Below are positions 27,541-37,641 of a DNA stretch of 64,000 nucleotides, one piece after another (positions within the stretch are counted from its first letter, which is position 1; the number at the start of each line of letters is the position of its first letter). A program made the translations under genes and the position numbers. The stretch lies in assembly GCA_049325335.1 (NCBI GenBank), contig JBMOMC010000002.1:96001-160000 (forward strand), read 5' to 3'. The DNA comes from Nitrospirota bacterium. GTDB lineage: Bacteria > Nitrospirota > Nitrospiria > 2-01-FULL-66-17. Below the pieces are notes generated by a model. The model was given only the letters and a program-made list of their open reading frames with translations. It was not told the origin of the DNA and did not search any database.

Positions 27541-27660
27541 ATGAAAATGGTCGTCTTAATTGGAATCGCAATTGTGGGGTGGTTCTTTTATTTTCAGTTT
27601 ATTGATTGGTTGATGATGAAGGCGCAGGGGCTCGACTACTTCACGTTTTTGAAGATCTAA
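27541..27660 (+). CDS. 39-aa single-TM micro-protein
   Basis: AAAGGG upstream; MKMVVLIGIAIVGWFFYFQFIDWLMMKAQGLDYFTFLKI. Confidence 0.65.
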   Translation: MKMVVLIGIAIVGWFFYFQFIDWLMMKAQGLDYFTFLKI

Positions 27661-27862
27661 GTTCCTGTTCGCGCGTTCTGCGCGGGGTAGGCTGTTTTGT
27701 CGTCCGTGAATCCGGCGGGCGTGGTCCTCGGAAGTCGCCGATCGAACCGAGCAATTGGTGGCGAGAACGCGGGACTGGATGGCGAGATTAAGTAAGGCAA
27801 AGGACCTCTCTGGGGTTCGCTCAATTCCATATTGGGCGGTTGGAACAACGAAGGAGAAAGCC

Positions 27863-29806
27863 ATGAAGCTGATAAGAGCGATGGGGAACGGGCAAAGAGT
27901 GTGGTCCTTCCTGATGTTGGGGGCAATGCTCGCGACGTTGCTCCTTCCTCTGGCGCTCGTCCTGACTCCGGGCACCTCGATGGCAGCCGAGGAAGCCGCG
28001 CAGCAGGTTGCCGGGTGCGAGAAGAAGGGAAAGGATGTCTACTTCAAGGTCGAGGGGTGCGTCTCCGGTCCCCCGGCGCCCACTACCACGGCGGCCGATT
28101 ATCCTGCGTACCAGTTGCCTTATCCGTTAAGCGAAAACCGCGTCGTCATTTGGACCATCGCACAGCAGCATCTCTATTTCGGGAGCTTTGTGCTGGCGGT
28201 ACCGATTTTCTGCATGATCATCGAGCTGGTCGGCATCATGTCCAAAGATCGGGTGGCTGGCAAGCGATATGACGATCTGGCCCACGATTTCATCCGGATC
28301 AGTTTAACCGCGTATTCGGTCACCGCGATTTTGGGCGGGATACTCCTCTTTTCATTTATCGCGTTGTACCCGACATTCTTTGCGTACATCGCGTCGCTCT
28401 TCAAGCCCTTCATGCATATTTACGCGCTGCTCTTTTTGGCTGAAAGCGGCACGTTATATATCTACTACTACGGGTGGGACAAGATGAACGATGGCGGGTT
28501 CCTCAAGTGGATCCACGCCACGCTCGGTATTTTACTCAATGTGTTCGGCAGCGTGCTCATGATGCTCGCGAATTCGTGGAGCAGCTTCATGATGTCGCCG
28601 GCTGGCGTTGATGAAAAAGGGCAGTTTCTCGGTAGTCTGATCAATCTGCTGCACAACGCGCTCTGGAATCCGTTGAACGTGCACCGTATCATCGGGAATA
28701 TGGTGTTCGGCGGCGGGATTGTGGCGGCCTATGCCGCGTACAAGTTCCTGGCGGCTAAGACCGACCGTGAAAAGGCCTACTACGATTGGATGGGCTACGT
28801 GGCCATGTTTTTGGCGATCGCGTCCCTCATTCCGCTCCCATTCGCGGGGTATTGGCTGATGCGCGAGGTATACGCCTACCGTCAGCAAATGGGCATTACG
28901 CTGATGGGCGGGTTGCTCGCGTGGTTGTTCATCATTCAAGCCGTGTTGATTGGCGCCTTGTTTTTTACCACCAACTACTATCTGTTCAACGGCATGGGCC
29001 GCATGCGCGGGTCCGAGCCATACCGCAAATATGTCAAATACATCCTGTTCTTGACCACGGCCGCGTTTTTGGTGTGGCTGACCCCGCACACCTTGGTGAT
29101 GCGCGCCGCGGAGTTAAAGGCGATTGGCGGTCAGCAGCATCCGGTGATCGGGAACTTCGGAGTGATGTCCGCGAAGAACGGCGCGGTCAACACCATGTTG
29201 ATCACCACGATTATCTCCTTCGTCCTATATCAACGCTGCAATAAGATCATCACGGTGTCGTGGGCCGCGTTGGGAAATGCGGTCATGATCGCGATGTTCG
29301 CGGTGGCGCTGGTCAACAACTGGTGGCTGGCGATCATCGGCTACTTCATCCCCGCGAACGTCCGCGTGGGCTTGTCGGTTCCCCAGGTGGTTGGCACGCT
29401 GACGTGTTTGTTTGTCGGGTTGGGTCTGAACGTGGCCATGATGAAAGGCGCACGGCTGACCGGGCCCGTGGAATGGGGCAAAATTTCGGTCCGATCGCAG
29501 TATGGGTTGTTTGCGCTCGGGGTGTCGTTTACCTGGCTCATGGCCCTTATGGGGTACATCCGATCTTCGGTGCGACTGTTCTGGCACTCCATGGAGGTCT
29601 TTCGCGATAACTCGCCATGGGCGTTTACCCACGCGATCGGGTTTGCCGCGAATGTGATGTCGTTCAACGTGTTGATCTTCTGGACCTTCACCTTGTTCGT
29701 GTTCTGGCTTGGGGAGTTCTCCTCGCACAAGCAGGTCCCTTCGATGGTGGATGAGCGGCAGCCCTCCGGTCTTGGGCAGCCAGTGATCGCTGGAGGCTCA
29801 AAGTAA
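27863..29806 (+). CDS. Cytochrome bd-like oxidase subunit I (CydA-like, Nitrospirota type)
   Basis: QQHLYFGSF, LAESGTLYIYYYGW, ANSWSSFMMSPAG, NPLNVHRIIG, MGYIRS; many TM helices; AAGGAG RBS. Confidence 0.85.
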   Translation: MKLIRAMGNGQRVWSFLMLGAMLATLLLPLALVLTPGTSMAAEEAAQQVAGCEKKGKDVYFKVEGCVSGPPAPTTTAADYPAYQLPYPLSENRVVIWTIAQQHLYFGSFVLAVPIFCMIIELVGIMSKDRVAGKRYDDLAHDFIRISLTAYSVTAILGGILLFSFIALYPTFFAYIASLFKPFMHIYALLFLAESGTLYIYYYGWDKMNDGGFLKWIHATLGILLNVFGSVLMMLANSWSSFMMSPAGVDEKGQFLGSLINLLHNALWNPLNVHRIIGNMVFGGGIVAAYAAYKFLAAKTDREKAYYDWMGYVAMFLAIASLIPLPFAGYWLMREVYAYRQQMGITLMGGLLAWLFIIQAVLIGALFFTTNYYLFNGMGRMRGSEPYRKYVKYILFLTTAAFLVWLTPHTLVMRAAELKAIGGQQHPVIGNFGVMSAKNGAVNTMLITTIISFVLYQRCNKIITVSWAALGNAVMIAMFAVALVNNWWLAIIGYFIPANVRVGLSVPQVVGTLTCLFVGLGLNVAMMKGARLTGPVEWGKISVRSQYGLFALGVSFTWLMALMGYIRSSVRLFWHSMEVFRDNSPWAFTHAIGFAANVMSFNVLIFWTFTLFVFWLGEFSSHKQVPSMVDERQPSGLGQPVIAGGSK

Positions 29807-29880
29807 CCTCGACCGACTGATGGTCAATCGGCCCCTCCTGGTCGGAGGGGCCGGAAATTTCCAGACGAGGAGATGAGACG

Positions 29881-31122
29881 GTGATTCCAGGAAAGCTTGG
29901 TCTGCTTATAGGTGGCGTGGCTGGTATCGCTTTCATCAAGTGGGCGACGGCTGGTGGGGGAACACTTGGTCTGGCGTTCGGGCTGTTGCTGAGCGCGATC
30001 TTCCTCATGTGGCTCGGATACATGTTGCCCAAGGTTCGTATGTTGCTGGTGGCGGTCGGGTTCTTCACTCTGATGAGCGGAACGTTCGCCAGCTACTCGA
30101 ACTGGTTGCCGCAGGTTCGCGGCGAAGTGCCGGTTGCAGAGCCTGCCGGTTCCGCGAAAAAAGCCGAAGATATGAGCACCCAGGAACTCGCGGATAAGGG
30201 TGAGATGATCATCTTCGGGGAAATGGGTACGCTCCACGGCCAAGGCAAAGGGCAGTGCCCACTCTGCCACGGGTTCCAGAAGGGGGCGTTGAGCGAACGG
30301 GCCCCGAACCTTTCCGGGATTCCTACGCGGGCCGCTGAGCGAATCAAGGATCCCCGCTATTTGAAACCGGATAGTGTCAAAACCGAGTCCTTCTCGGGGA
30401 GCGGTCGGGCCACGAGCGCGATCGAGTATATTGCCGAATCCCACTCATGCCCGAACTGCTTTATCGTGGCGGGTTACGGCGTGAAAGGCAGCAATGACCG
30501 TGAGAGCCCGATGCCGGAGATCCATAAAGGTGCTATCGGGTTGACCATCGACGAGATGATTGCCGTCGATACCTGGCTCTTTACTCGTGAGGGAGAAGAG
30601 GCCCCGGCGGTGGCCGATCTGCGTGCCGCCTACGAAAAATTTATTCCTGAAAGCGAACGGAAGGCCCCGGAGCCTGAGGTGGCAGGCGGCGTGCCTGCCG
30701 GACCTCCTATCGCGATGGGAACGGATACGCCGGAACAGATGATCAAAAAAATGGGTTGCGCTGGATGCCACGCGATCCCAGGGACGGAATTTACTACCGG
30801 AGCCGTTGGGCCGGTCCTTGCGGAAAAAATCACCTCGGTCAAACGACTGGCGTCGGCGGAGTATAAGGCGCGAGTGAAGGAAGGGAAAGCACACGCCAAG
30901 ACGCCAAAGGAGTACGTGATCGAATCCATCATGAACCCAAGTGCGTTCGTGGTACCGGCGTTTACCTTTGGCAACCCGAATCAATCGATGATGCCGCCTG
31001 ATTTTTCAAAGAAGTTTACGTACGAGGCGGTAGAAAAACTTGCGGAGTTTTTGCTGTCACAGGATGAGGCGGCTATGGCCAAGAGCGGCCTGAAGATGGA
31101 TAAGGATGGGAAAAAGAGCTAG
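29881..31122 (+). CDS. Membrane-anchored diheme cytochrome c
   Basis: About three N-terminal TMs; CPLCH and CAGCH. Confidence 0.85.
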   Translation: MIPGKLGLLIGGVAGIAFIKWATAGGGTLGLAFGLLLSAIFLMWLGYMLPKVRMLLVAVGFFTLMSGTFASYSNWLPQVRGEVPVAEPAGSAKKAEDMSTQELADKGEMIIFGEMGTLHGQGKGQCPLCHGFQKGALSERAPNLSGIPTRAAERIKDPRYLKPDSVKTESFSGSGRATSAIEYIAESHSCPNCFIVAGYGVKGSNDRESPMPEIHKGAIGLTIDEMIAVDTWLFTREGEEAPAVADLRAAYEKFIPESERKAPEPEVAGGVPAGPPIAMGTDTPEQMIKKMGCAGCHAIPGTEFTTGAVGPVLAEKITSVKRLASAEYKARVKEGKAHAKTPKEYVIESIMNPSAFVVPAFTFGNPNQSMMPPDFSKKFTYEAVEKLAEFLLSQDEAAMAKSGLKMDKDGKKS

Positions 31123-31209
31123 TGGTTGTATGTCTCGGCCCGGCGATCGCCGATTTGTGAGACGAAATAGGTTGGGTTAACCGAAGTTTTCGCGGGAGGA
31201 GGGGGTCCG

Positions 31210-32130
31210 GTGGGAAAGATTTGGATTCCGGGAGCAATGCCGATCGAGCTCCTGCTGATCCTGACGGCTGTGTTCTTCGCCTTTGTGATCGGCGGTTGGA
31301 TGCTGAAAAAGCAAGGTCGTTCCATTCCCAAATTTTGGCAGGCGTTGTTGATCTGGGGTGCCGCCTACATCGTACTTCGTTACGTGTTGTTTCCACCTAT
31401 TCCTTCGGCCCTGCTCAAAACCTATATGGGGCTGATCACCTTGGTGCTCTTCCTGCTGGTGTCGGCCGACGAAGAATCATGGGCTGAATTTAAGCGGCCC
31501 ATTCTGGATACGCTCGGCGGAGTAACCCCGACACACCGGGGAGTGCGGACGGTCACGTTTGTTGCGCTTCCTGCGTTGATGGCGTGGGGGACATGGAGCA
31601 ACGTGGTCCCGAAGTTCGAGGAGCCGATCGAGCTCCGGACCGTGCATCCGGCACCCCCGGCGTCGGTCAAACTCAATAATGGGAAGACCTACACGCTCCA
31701 GACGGCGCAGAATCCGTTCCGTGTCGATGACAGCGGCAATTATGCCAAAGATATCCAGCAAGAGCACGTAAATGATAACCCTTTTGATCCGAACGCTTCG
31801 AAATACATGCAGTACGTTCGGGAAGGCGGGGCAATCTTTTTCCAGAATTGCCACTTCTGTCATGGAGATAACCTCGATGGTCGAGGGATGTTCGCCTTTG
31901 CGTTCAACCCGATTCCCGCAAACTTCTCGGATCCGGGCACGATCGCGCAGTTGCAAGAGACGTTTGTGTTCTGGCGCGTGGCCAAGGGCGGAATGGGTCT
32001 TCCCCGCGAAGGTTTCCCGTGGGCATCGGTGATGCCGCCGTGGGAGCAACATTTGACGGCCGACGAGATGTGGAAGGCCATCTTGTTCGAGTACTGGCAT
32101 ACCGGATTCTATCCGCGGACCTGGGATTGA
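31210..32130 (+). CDS. Membrane-bound monoheme cytochrome c
   Basis: About four N-terminal TMs; CHFCH; axial Met candidate in SVMPPW; alternative start 31237. Confidence 0.85.
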   Translation: MGKIWIPGAMPIELLLILTAVFFAFVIGGWMLKKQGRSIPKFWQALLIWGAAYIVLRYVLFPPIPSALLKTYMGLITLVLFLLVSADEESWAEFKRPILDTLGGVTPTHRGVRTVTFVALPALMAWGTWSNVVPKFEEPIELRTVHPAPPASVKLNNGKTYTLQTAQNPFRVDDSGNYAKDIQQEHVNDNPFDPNASKYMQYVREGGAIFFQNCHFCHGDNLDGRGMFAFAFNPIPANFSDPGTIAQLQETFVFWRVAKGGMGLPREGFPWASVMPPWEQHLTADEMWKAILFEYWHTGFYPRTWD

Positions 32131-32196
32131 TACGCGGCGGTTTGTGCGTATCACTAAACACTGGCTCATCGGGTGCTTGATAAGGGGAGTCAAACG

Positions 32197-33891
32197 ATGA
32201 AGGGGATTGCAGAAGGCGGGAAAAAGAGGGCAGGCGTACTGATCGGTCTTGCGGTGACCGGGCTGATCGGCGTGGGAGTGCTCTCGATCGGGTGGATCGC
32301 CGGCGCGCAGGCTCAGGAGGAAAAGGCGGCTGAGGCCCCGAAGACCCAAGGGTTGCCCGGCAAAGCATCGCCTGAGGATTTGGAAGCGGGCAAGGCGGTG
32401 TATTTCCGCAAGTGTGTGTGGTGTCACGGGCCGGAAGGGGCAGGCGATGGTCCGGGGGCTGATCGCCTCTGGCCGAGACCGCGCAACTTTAACCAGGGTA
32501 CGTTCAAGATTCGGCATACTGCAAGCGGCGAGCTCCCGACTCTTGACGACTTGTTCCTGACGGTCACCCACGGGTTGCCGGGTTCTGCGATGCCGTCATG
32601 GGAAGGTATTCTGACCGATAAACAGCGCCGGCAAGTGGTCGAGTTTGTTCGGACTGAATTGATCAAAGACCGCGACTTCACGGATAAAGAGACCGAAACC
32701 TTGACGTTGATTAACTTCGGCAAACAGGTTCCGACTTCTAAAGAAAGTATTGAGCGCGGCCGCGAAGTGTTCATGAATAAGGGTAAGTGCGTGGAGTGCC
32801 ACGGCGAGGATGGCCGAGGCGACGGAAACGCGACCCAAAAGGATGAATGGGGATTTCCCATCCGTCCCGCAGACCTGCACAAGTGTTGGAACTTCCGAGG
32901 CAACCGTCGGGATCCGTACAACCCGGCGAATATTTTCCGCGAGGTCTCGACCGGATTGAATGGGACCCCCATGCCGTCCTTCGCGGAAACGTTGACGGAA
33001 GATCAGCGCTGGGATGTGGCGAACTTCGTGATGTCGCTTTGTCCGAAAAAACACATCGACGAGCAGACCACCAAACCCATGAACGACTTTGTGCTCCGAG
33101 CCGGGTATGTCGAAGGCGAGATCCCCGGAGCGCCGGACGACCCGAAGTGGCTGGAGCGTGCGCCGAATTACATCGGACTCGGCGGGCAGATCACTCATAA
33201 ACCGCGGAACTTTGTCCGGCAGGTCGATGAGGTCTGGGTGCGTTCCCTGTATAACGGCACCGAGGTGGCATATTTGCTAGAGTGGGGCGACCGGAACAAG
33301 AGCGTCGGTTCGCCGGAGACATTGGCCACGGCTGCCAAATACGAGGAGACACCGCCGCAAGGGCAGCCGATCGCGTTACGCGATCAACCGATTTTCAACG
33401 ACGCGTTTGCCATCCAGTTCCCGACCAAGTGGGAAAGCCTCAATGCGCCGGAGAAACCTCGGTTTATCTTCGGCGACGCCAAGAACAACGTGGATCTGTG
33501 GAAGTGGGAAGTGGACGGAAAGATCGGCACCTTCACGGGCACTGGCTGGGATCAGGAGCTCGCTCCGCACGGCAGTGACACGGTGAAAGCCGTGTTCGCG
33601 GAACATAAGGCTGGAACATGGCGCGTGATCCTGAAGCGGTCAATGGTAACCGAGGATAAGGAAAAGGATGTCCAGTTCACGACGGGTAAATACATCCCGA
33701 TCCTCTTTATGGCGTGGGATGGCCACAACGGCGATGCTGGCCGCAAGATGTCGATCTCGAGCTGGTACCACACCATTCTGGAACCCCCGATTCCGACCAA
33801 AGCCTACGTGTACCCGGTGTTTGCGGCGTTGTTTGTGATCGGGTTGCAGTTCTGGGTAGCGTCAAAGGTCAAGAACGGCAAGAAAAAATAA
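32197..33891 (+). CDS. Diheme cytochrome c fused to an ethylbenzene-dehydrogenase-gamma-like heme b domain, with C-terminal TM
   Basis: CVWCH, CVECH; VRSLYNG, LEWGD, DAFAIQFP, WRVILKR, AWDG, KMSISSW. Confidence 0.8.
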   Translation: MKGIAEGGKKRAGVLIGLAVTGLIGVGVLSIGWIAGAQAQEEKAAEAPKTQGLPGKASPEDLEAGKAVYFRKCVWCHGPEGAGDGPGADRLWPRPRNFNQGTFKIRHTASGELPTLDDLFLTVTHGLPGSAMPSWEGILTDKQRRQVVEFVRTELIKDRDFTDKETETLTLINFGKQVPTSKESIERGREVFMNKGKCVECHGEDGRGDGNATQKDEWGFPIRPADLHKCWNFRGNRRDPYNPANIFREVSTGLNGTPMPSFAETLTEDQRWDVANFVMSLCPKKHIDEQTTKPMNDFVLRAGYVEGEIPGAPDDPKWLERAPNYIGLGGQITHKPRNFVRQVDEVWVRSLYNGTEVAYLLEWGDRNKSVGSPETLATAAKYEETPPQGQPIALRDQPIFNDAFAIQFPTKWESLNAPEKPRFIFGDAKNNVDLWKWEVDGKIGTFTGTGWDQELAPHGSDTVKAVFAEHKAGTWRVILKRSMVTEDKEKDVQFTTGKYIPILFMAWDGHNGDAGRKMSISSWYHTILEPPIPTKAYVYPVFAALFVIGLQFWVASKVKNGKKK

Positions 33892-33922
33892 CGGTCGATC
33901 CGACCTCAAGTCAGTGAATCAC

Positions 33923-33962
33923 GGAGAGGCCCTGCGCAGTCGGCAGGGCCTCTCCCTTTCTT
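33923..33962 (+). terminator. Rho-independent terminator
   Basis: GGAGAGGCCCTGC...GCAGGGCCTCTCC followed by CTTTCTT. Confidence 0.75.
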
Positions 33963-33982
33963 GAGCGATCGACGGAGTGCGC

Positions 33983-34786
33983 GTGGGCGAAAAATCGGAA
34001 ATCCTCTTTTTGTTGTTCAGCCAACTCTCGGTCGGAGGGGTCGTGTTATTGGCCGCGATCGCCAAACGCCAACTCGGGTTGAGTTTTTTTCGGCTCAACG
34101 GCATGATCTTTTTTCTCCTCTTCGGCGTGGCGGTTCCCGCCGTGCCGGCTGACGGAGCGGGCGGACCGTGGGCGCACGCGGTCGCGGCGCTCACCTTGGC
34201 CTATGCGGTGACGTTGTTCGTCTACGTCGTGTTGTTTTGGATCAAGAAGGAGTACCACCCGGTTGTGTGGCTCTACGCCGCGGCTGGATTCGGCTCGGCG
34301 CTGATTGTCGCCAGTGGGGCGTTGTACGCCGCACGGGCCGGTACGGCGGCCTTTGCTCCAGGTATTCCGGTCAGCTTCGTATTCTCCACGGCGGTGCTCG
34401 GCTCCTCCATGCTCGGAATGTTGCTGGGGCACCGGTATCTGACGAGTCCCAACTTGCCGATGAGCCACCTGAATATCCTCGCGTGGATCTTTCTGGTGGC
34501 GATCATTTTTCAGGGCGCCTTGAGCACGTTGACGTTCGCGTTCGGCCTTCCCTCGGATGTGGTGGGTGGGGCGCTCCGCCTGGAAACCGTGTTGGGGCTG
34601 TTCTTGTGGATACGCGTCGCGATCGGGATCCTGGTGCCGCTCGCGCTCGCCGTCATGATTTTGAACACGATTCGGTACAAGGCCAACATGTCGGCGACCG
34701 GCCTGCTGTATATCGCCGCGCTGATGGTGTTGGCGGGGGAAGCGTTTTCGCGGTACTTGTTGTTGGCGGAATCCATCCTCTTGTAA
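33983..34786 (+). CDS. Polytopic membrane protein (about 8 TM), function unknown
   Basis: Hydrophobic helices; MLLGHRYL and SATGLLY motifs. Confidence 0.7.
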   Translation: MGEKSEILFLLFSQLSVGGVVLLAAIAKRQLGLSFFRLNGMIFFLLFGVAVPAVPADGAGGPWAHAVAALTLAYAVTLFVYVVLFWIKKEYHPVVWLYAAAGFGSALIVASGALYAARAGTAAFAPGIPVSFVFSTAVLGSSMLGMLLGHRYLTSPNLPMSHLNILAWIFLVAIIFQGALSTLTFAFGLPSDVVGGALRLETVLGLFLWIRVAIGILVPLALAVMILNTIRYKANMSATGLLYIAALMVLAGEAFSRYLLLAESILL

Positions 34787-34817
34787 ACTGGTCCAGTGAT
34801 TGCTCCGGAGATGTCCG

Positions 34818-35525
34818 GTGCCGACCGGGTCGTTTCAGGCCATTCTCCAATCGATTGAACCGTTGACCTCCAGCGTCAAGGTGTTCCGGCTCACGACGGG
34901 CGACGGCGCGGTCTTTCCGTTCACGGCGGGTCAGTTCGTGATGGTCGACGTCCCCAAGGGCGAGACCGTGGTGCGCAAAGCGTATTCGATCGCGTCCCCG
35001 CCGTCGCAAGCCGGAACCATCGACCTGTGCATCAAACACGTGGAAGGTGGGTACGTCTCCACCTATTTTCACGAACGGTTGCGCGTCGGGGATGCGCTGA
35101 CCATTTCCGACGCGCGCGGCAGCTTCGTGGACCGGGGAGGGAACTTCGAGCGGGTCTACGTGGCGGCGGGGACCGGCGTCGCGCCGATCCGCAGCATGAT
35201 CCTCGGTTTGTACGACCGCGGATTCGACGGGCCCATGTCGTTGTATTTCGGCGTACGGCACGAGGACGAGATTCTCTACGAATCCGACTGGCGCCGCCTC
35301 GAAGCCTTCCACGCGCGGTTCCGTTTCTTTCCCACGGTCAGCCGTCCACGCGCGTGGACCGGCCGAGTCGGCTGGGTGCAGAACGCGTTGCGCGAGACCT
35401 TGACCGACCCCGCAACCAAAACCGCCTACGTCTGCGGCCTGGTGCCGATGGTCAAGGAAGTGAAAGCCTTGTTGATCGAGTTGGGCGTGCCGCGCGGGCA
35501 AATTCACACCGAAAAATACACGTAA
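34818..35525 (+). CDS. FAD/NAD(P)-binding oxidoreductase, ferredoxin-NADP reductase family
   Basis: AGQFV, KAYSIAS, GYVS, AAGTGVAPIRSM, YVCG, EKY. Confidence 0.85.
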   Translation: MPTGSFQAILQSIEPLTSSVKVFRLTTGDGAVFPFTAGQFVMVDVPKGETVVRKAYSIASPPSQAGTIDLCIKHVEGGYVSTYFHERLRVGDALTISDARGSFVDRGGNFERVYVAAGTGVAPIRSMILGLYDRGFDGPMSLYFGVRHEDEILYESDWRRLEAFHARFRFFPTVSRPRAWTGRVGWVQNALRETLTDPATKTAYVCGLVPMVKEVKALLIELGVPRGQIHTEKYT

Positions 35526-35543
35526 CTCCAGCCAATGAGCGTC

Positions 35544-35612
35544 ATTCGACACGCTTAGGACGAACGGATGCGGATCTGAATGCCGTTCGTGGTGAGCCCG
35601 TCGAACCACGCT
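35544..35612. repeat. REP-like palindrome pair (core of the 22116 element)
   Basis: TTCGACACGCTTAGGACGAACGG...CCGTTCGTGGTGAGCCCGTCGAACCACG. Confidence 0.7.
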
Positions 35613-35732
35613 CGATCGAGTTTCAGCGACTGCCCGCATACGGCCACCGCGCGTTTGACTCGTTCCTCGCCAATGTGTTACAACCACGCTGTTTTCCAGG
35701 CAATTTTCGCGTCATTTGCTCGGAGTTTTGTC

Positions 35733-36485
35733 ATGTCCGGCCACTCAAAATGGGCCACCACCAAGCATAAAAAAGCCGCGGCCGACTCCAAGCGCGGAAA
35801 GATTTTCACCAAATTGATCAAAGAGTTGACGGTCGCCGCGCGGATCGGGGGCGGGGATCCGGACGGCAATCCCCGCCTGCGTCTGGCCGTTTTGAAGTCC
35901 AAGGAAGCCAACATGCCGGCGGACAACATCAAGCGCGCCATCATGAAGGGCACCGGCGAATTGCCGGGCGTGACGTACGAAGAATTGACGTACGAAGGGT
36001 ACGGGCCCGGGGGCACGGCCTTGTTGGTCGAGATCATGACCGACAACAAGAATCGCACCGTGTCCGAAATTCGGCACGTGTTTTCCAAGAGCGGCGGCAA
36101 CATGGGCGAAGCCGGCTGCGTGGCCTGGATGTTCCAGAAGCGCGGTTACATCACGGTGGCCAAGAATAAAGCGGATGAAGACACGCTCATGACCCTGGCA
36201 CTGGACGCGGGCGCGGAAGATATGAAATCCGACGACGAAGAGGTGTTCGAAATTTTCACCGCGCCGGCCGACGTGGAAACGGTCAAGAAGGCCTTGGAAG
36301 ACAAGAAAGTGCCGGTCACGCTTGCCGAGGCCGCGCAGATTCCGCAGACCTACATCAAGCTCGAAGGCAAGGACGCCGAGCAGATGATCAAGTTGATGGA
36401 CGCGCTCGAAGATCACGACGACGTGCAGAAGGTCCACGCGAACTTCGATATCGACCAGGCCCTGTTGGAGAAGGTGCTGGGGTAG
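35733..36485 (+). CDS. yebC: YebC/PmpR family protein
   Basis: [32 protein letters not shown]. Confidence 0.95.
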   Translation: MSGHSKWATTKHKKAAADSKRGKIFTKLIKELTVAARIGGGDPDGNPRLRLAVLKSKEANMPADNIKRAIMKGTGELPGVTYEELTYEGYGPGGTALLVEIMTDNKNRTVSEIRHVFSKSGGNMGEAGCVAWMFQKRGYITVAKNKADEDTLMTLALDAGAEDMKSDDEEVFEIFTAPADVETVKKALEDKKVPVTLAEAAQIPQTYIKLEGKDAEQMIKLMDALEDHDDVQKVHANFDIDQALLEKVLG

Positions 36486-36523
36486 GACGCGCCGTCCGCG
36501 GCTCACGGGAGAAAGGGCCGGTT

Positions 36524-37045
36524 ATGCGGATCTTAGGGATTGATCCCGGTCTCAACGCCACCGGCTACGGCGTGGTGGAGCTCCAGGGCTCGGACCTCTG
36601 CCATGTGGCCTCCGGCACCATCACCATCCCCGCCACCCGCGCGTTGCCCACGCGCCTCAATCAACTCTTCGAATCCCTGCGTGAAGTGTGCGAGCGGTAC
36701 CGTCCGGACGGGGTCGCGGTGGAAAACACGTTTTTGGCCAAGAACGTGGCAGTGGCGCTCAAACTCGGTCAGGCCAAGGGCGTGGCCTTGCTCGTGGCGG
36801 AGCAGGCCAAGCTCGCGGTGGTCGAGTATTCGCCCACGGCCATCAAAATCGCGGTGACGGGCTACGGCGGCGCGGCCAAGGATCAAGTGCAGTACATGGT
36901 GGGTCGCCTGCTGCGGGTGTCGGTGGAGATGACCACGCACCACGCCACCGACGCCTTGGCCGCGGCCATTTGCCACATCCACTCCGGCTCCGGGCATCAG
37001 GCGCGGGCCTTGTCCGGCGGGTCCTCCCGCATCGCGCACGCATGA
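36524..37045 (+). CDS. ruvC: Holliday junction resolvase RuvC
   Basis: ILGIDPG, AVE, LGQAKG, DALAAAICH. Confidence 0.95.
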   Translation: MRILGIDPGLNATGYGVVELQGSDLCHVASGTITIPATRALPTRLNQLFESLREVCERYRPDGVAVENTFLAKNVAVALKLGQAKGVALLVAEQAKLAVVEYSPTAIKIAVTGYGGAAKDQVQYMVGRLLRVSVEMTTHHATDALAAAICHIHSGSGHQARALSGGSSRIAHA

Positions 37046-37641
37046 TCGCCGCGCTCGCGGGGACGCTGCTCGCCAAGTCTCCGCAGTCCGTGATCATCGA
37101 CGTCCACGGCGTGGGCTACGAGGTGTTCACCTCGCTGCAAACGTACTACCGCCTGCCCGATCTCAAACAAACCGTTCGCGTGCATACCCACACGCACGTG
37201 CGCGAAGACGCGCTCGTTCTCTACGGATTTTTGTCCTCGGAGGAGAAGGCCGCGTTCCTGTTATTGATCTCGGTGTCGGGGGTTGGGCCGCGCCTGGCAT
37301 TGGCGTTGCTCTCGGGCCTGTCGGTGGCGGAGCTGGCCGCCGCGATCCGCGCGGGCGACGCGCGGCGGCTCTCGTCCGTGCCAGGCATCGGCCAGAAAAC
37401 CGCGGCGCGGCTCATCCTGGAACTGCAGTCCAAGATCACCTCGATCGTCCCAGAGGCCGCGGTCGAGGGCGCAACCGGCCCGTCGTCAATCGCGGATGAC
37501 GCCTTGTCCGCGTTGGTGAACCTCGGGTATCAGCCGCCCGTGGCCAAAGACATTCTCAAACAGATCGAACGCAGTCGGCCCGGGGAGGAACTCACGGTGG
37601 AAGATTTCTTGCGCGAGGCGCTGCGGCGGCTGTCTAAATGA
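37042..37641 (+). CDS. ruvA: Holliday junction branch-migration protein RuvA
   Basis: [44 protein letters not shown]. Confidence 0.95.
   Translation: MIAALAGTLLAKSPQSVIIDVHGVGYEVFTSLQTYYRLPDLKQTVRVHTHTHVREDALVLYGFLSSEEKAAFLLLISVSGVGPRLALALLSGLSVAELAAAIRAGDARRLSSVPGIGQKTAARLILELQSKITSIVPEAAVEGATGPSSIADDALSALVNLGYQPPVAKDILKQIERSRPGEELTVEDFLREALRRLSK

Noticed and set aside
30448..30462. CPNC as a third heme site in the 29881 cytochrome
   Set aside because: Followed by Phe, not His
29881..31122. Nitric oxide reductase NorC
   Set aside because: No NorB or heme-copper oxidase subunit in the window; called a diheme cytochrome c only
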